A DNA stretch of 7,764 nt from assembly GCA_018985225.1 (NCBI GenBank), contig JADGIF010000491.1, positions 1 to 7,764 of the forward strand, written 5' to 3'. Within the stretch, counting starts at the first letter, position 1, and each line of letters begins with the position of its first letter. The notes under the pieces are model-generated. The model had not been told where the DNA came from and made no database searches. It worked only from the letters and a program-made list of their open reading frames with translations. Made by a program: the position numbers and the translations under genes. This stretch comes from Amoeboradix gromovi X-113 (Eukaryota; Fungi; Sanchytriomycota). Shown here piece after piece: positions 7,534 through 7,764 of this stretch.

Positions 7534-7764
7534 TTAAAGGAGGTGCTCCATACGGAGGAAATCATTAATAAAAGATCTTCTATTATACCAATTTTCTTTC
7601 ATTACTTTCAATCCACTCTTCAAAATAAAACTAGAAGACCCTGCATCTCGTTCAAATATGTGAGGTCTTTGAGCATCTAAGCAAAAGGTGCATTTTCTTA
7701 GACGGTACTCTTTTCTAGAGTCATTTTGTAATGTCATACTAACATCATTACTCTTGTCTATTTC
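7534..7764 (-). CDS. 3' end of a gene running off the window (76 aa visible); possible TnpB/Fanzor-like C-terminus (CxxC followed by RD)
   Basis: Frame is open to the window edge: EIDKSNDVSMTLQNDSRKEYRLRKCTFCLDAQRPHIFERDAGSSSFILKSGLKVMKENWYNRRSFINDFLRMEHLL*. The family call rests only on motif spacing and is weak. Confidence 0.5.
   Translation of the reverse strand, partial: EIDKSNDVSMTLQNDSRKEYRLRKCTFCLDAQRPHIFERDAGSSSFILKSGLKVMKENWYNRRSFINDFLRMEHLL

Noticed and set aside
7495-7553. Splice fusion of the upstream ORF to HEN1 via GTATGG...CATAG (59 nt, minus strand)
   Set aside because: The junction would be out of frame with HEN1 and does not match the 19-nt intron pattern.
1221-7764. Stop-codon reassignment as the explanation for the broken ORFs
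   Set aside because: The breaks are frame changes, not in-frame stops, and TAA/TGA terminate conserved proteins at their expected ends.

Overview
AT-rich, very gene-dense eukaryotic DNA in the standard genetic code, most likely from a fungus or close relative with a compact genome (inferred from fungal-type Lro1 and Cox13 proteins and 10-50 nt intergenic gaps). Gene order: ~1.2 kb with no supportable gene; an orphan secreted, possibly GPI-anchored Cys-rich protein (+); proteasome deubiquitinase Ubp6/USP14 (+); cytochrome c oxidase subunit VIa/Cox13 (+); phospholipid:diacylglycerol acyltransferase Lro1 (-); small-RNA 2'-O-methyltransferase Hen1 (-); and the 3' end of an ORF (-) resembling the Zn-finger/RuvC-III tail of TnpB/Fanzor. 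The main signal is two independent GT-AG introns of exactly 19 nt (1693-1711, 3352-3370) with a shared consensus GTA(A/C)TT...TAA(C/T)TTAG, which explain the split ORFs in the ORF track. Poly(A)-like hexamers overlap or abut all five stop codons of the complete genes, and a short AT-rich plus CCC motif precedes the start codons. Together these suggest a miniaturised gene-expression grammar.
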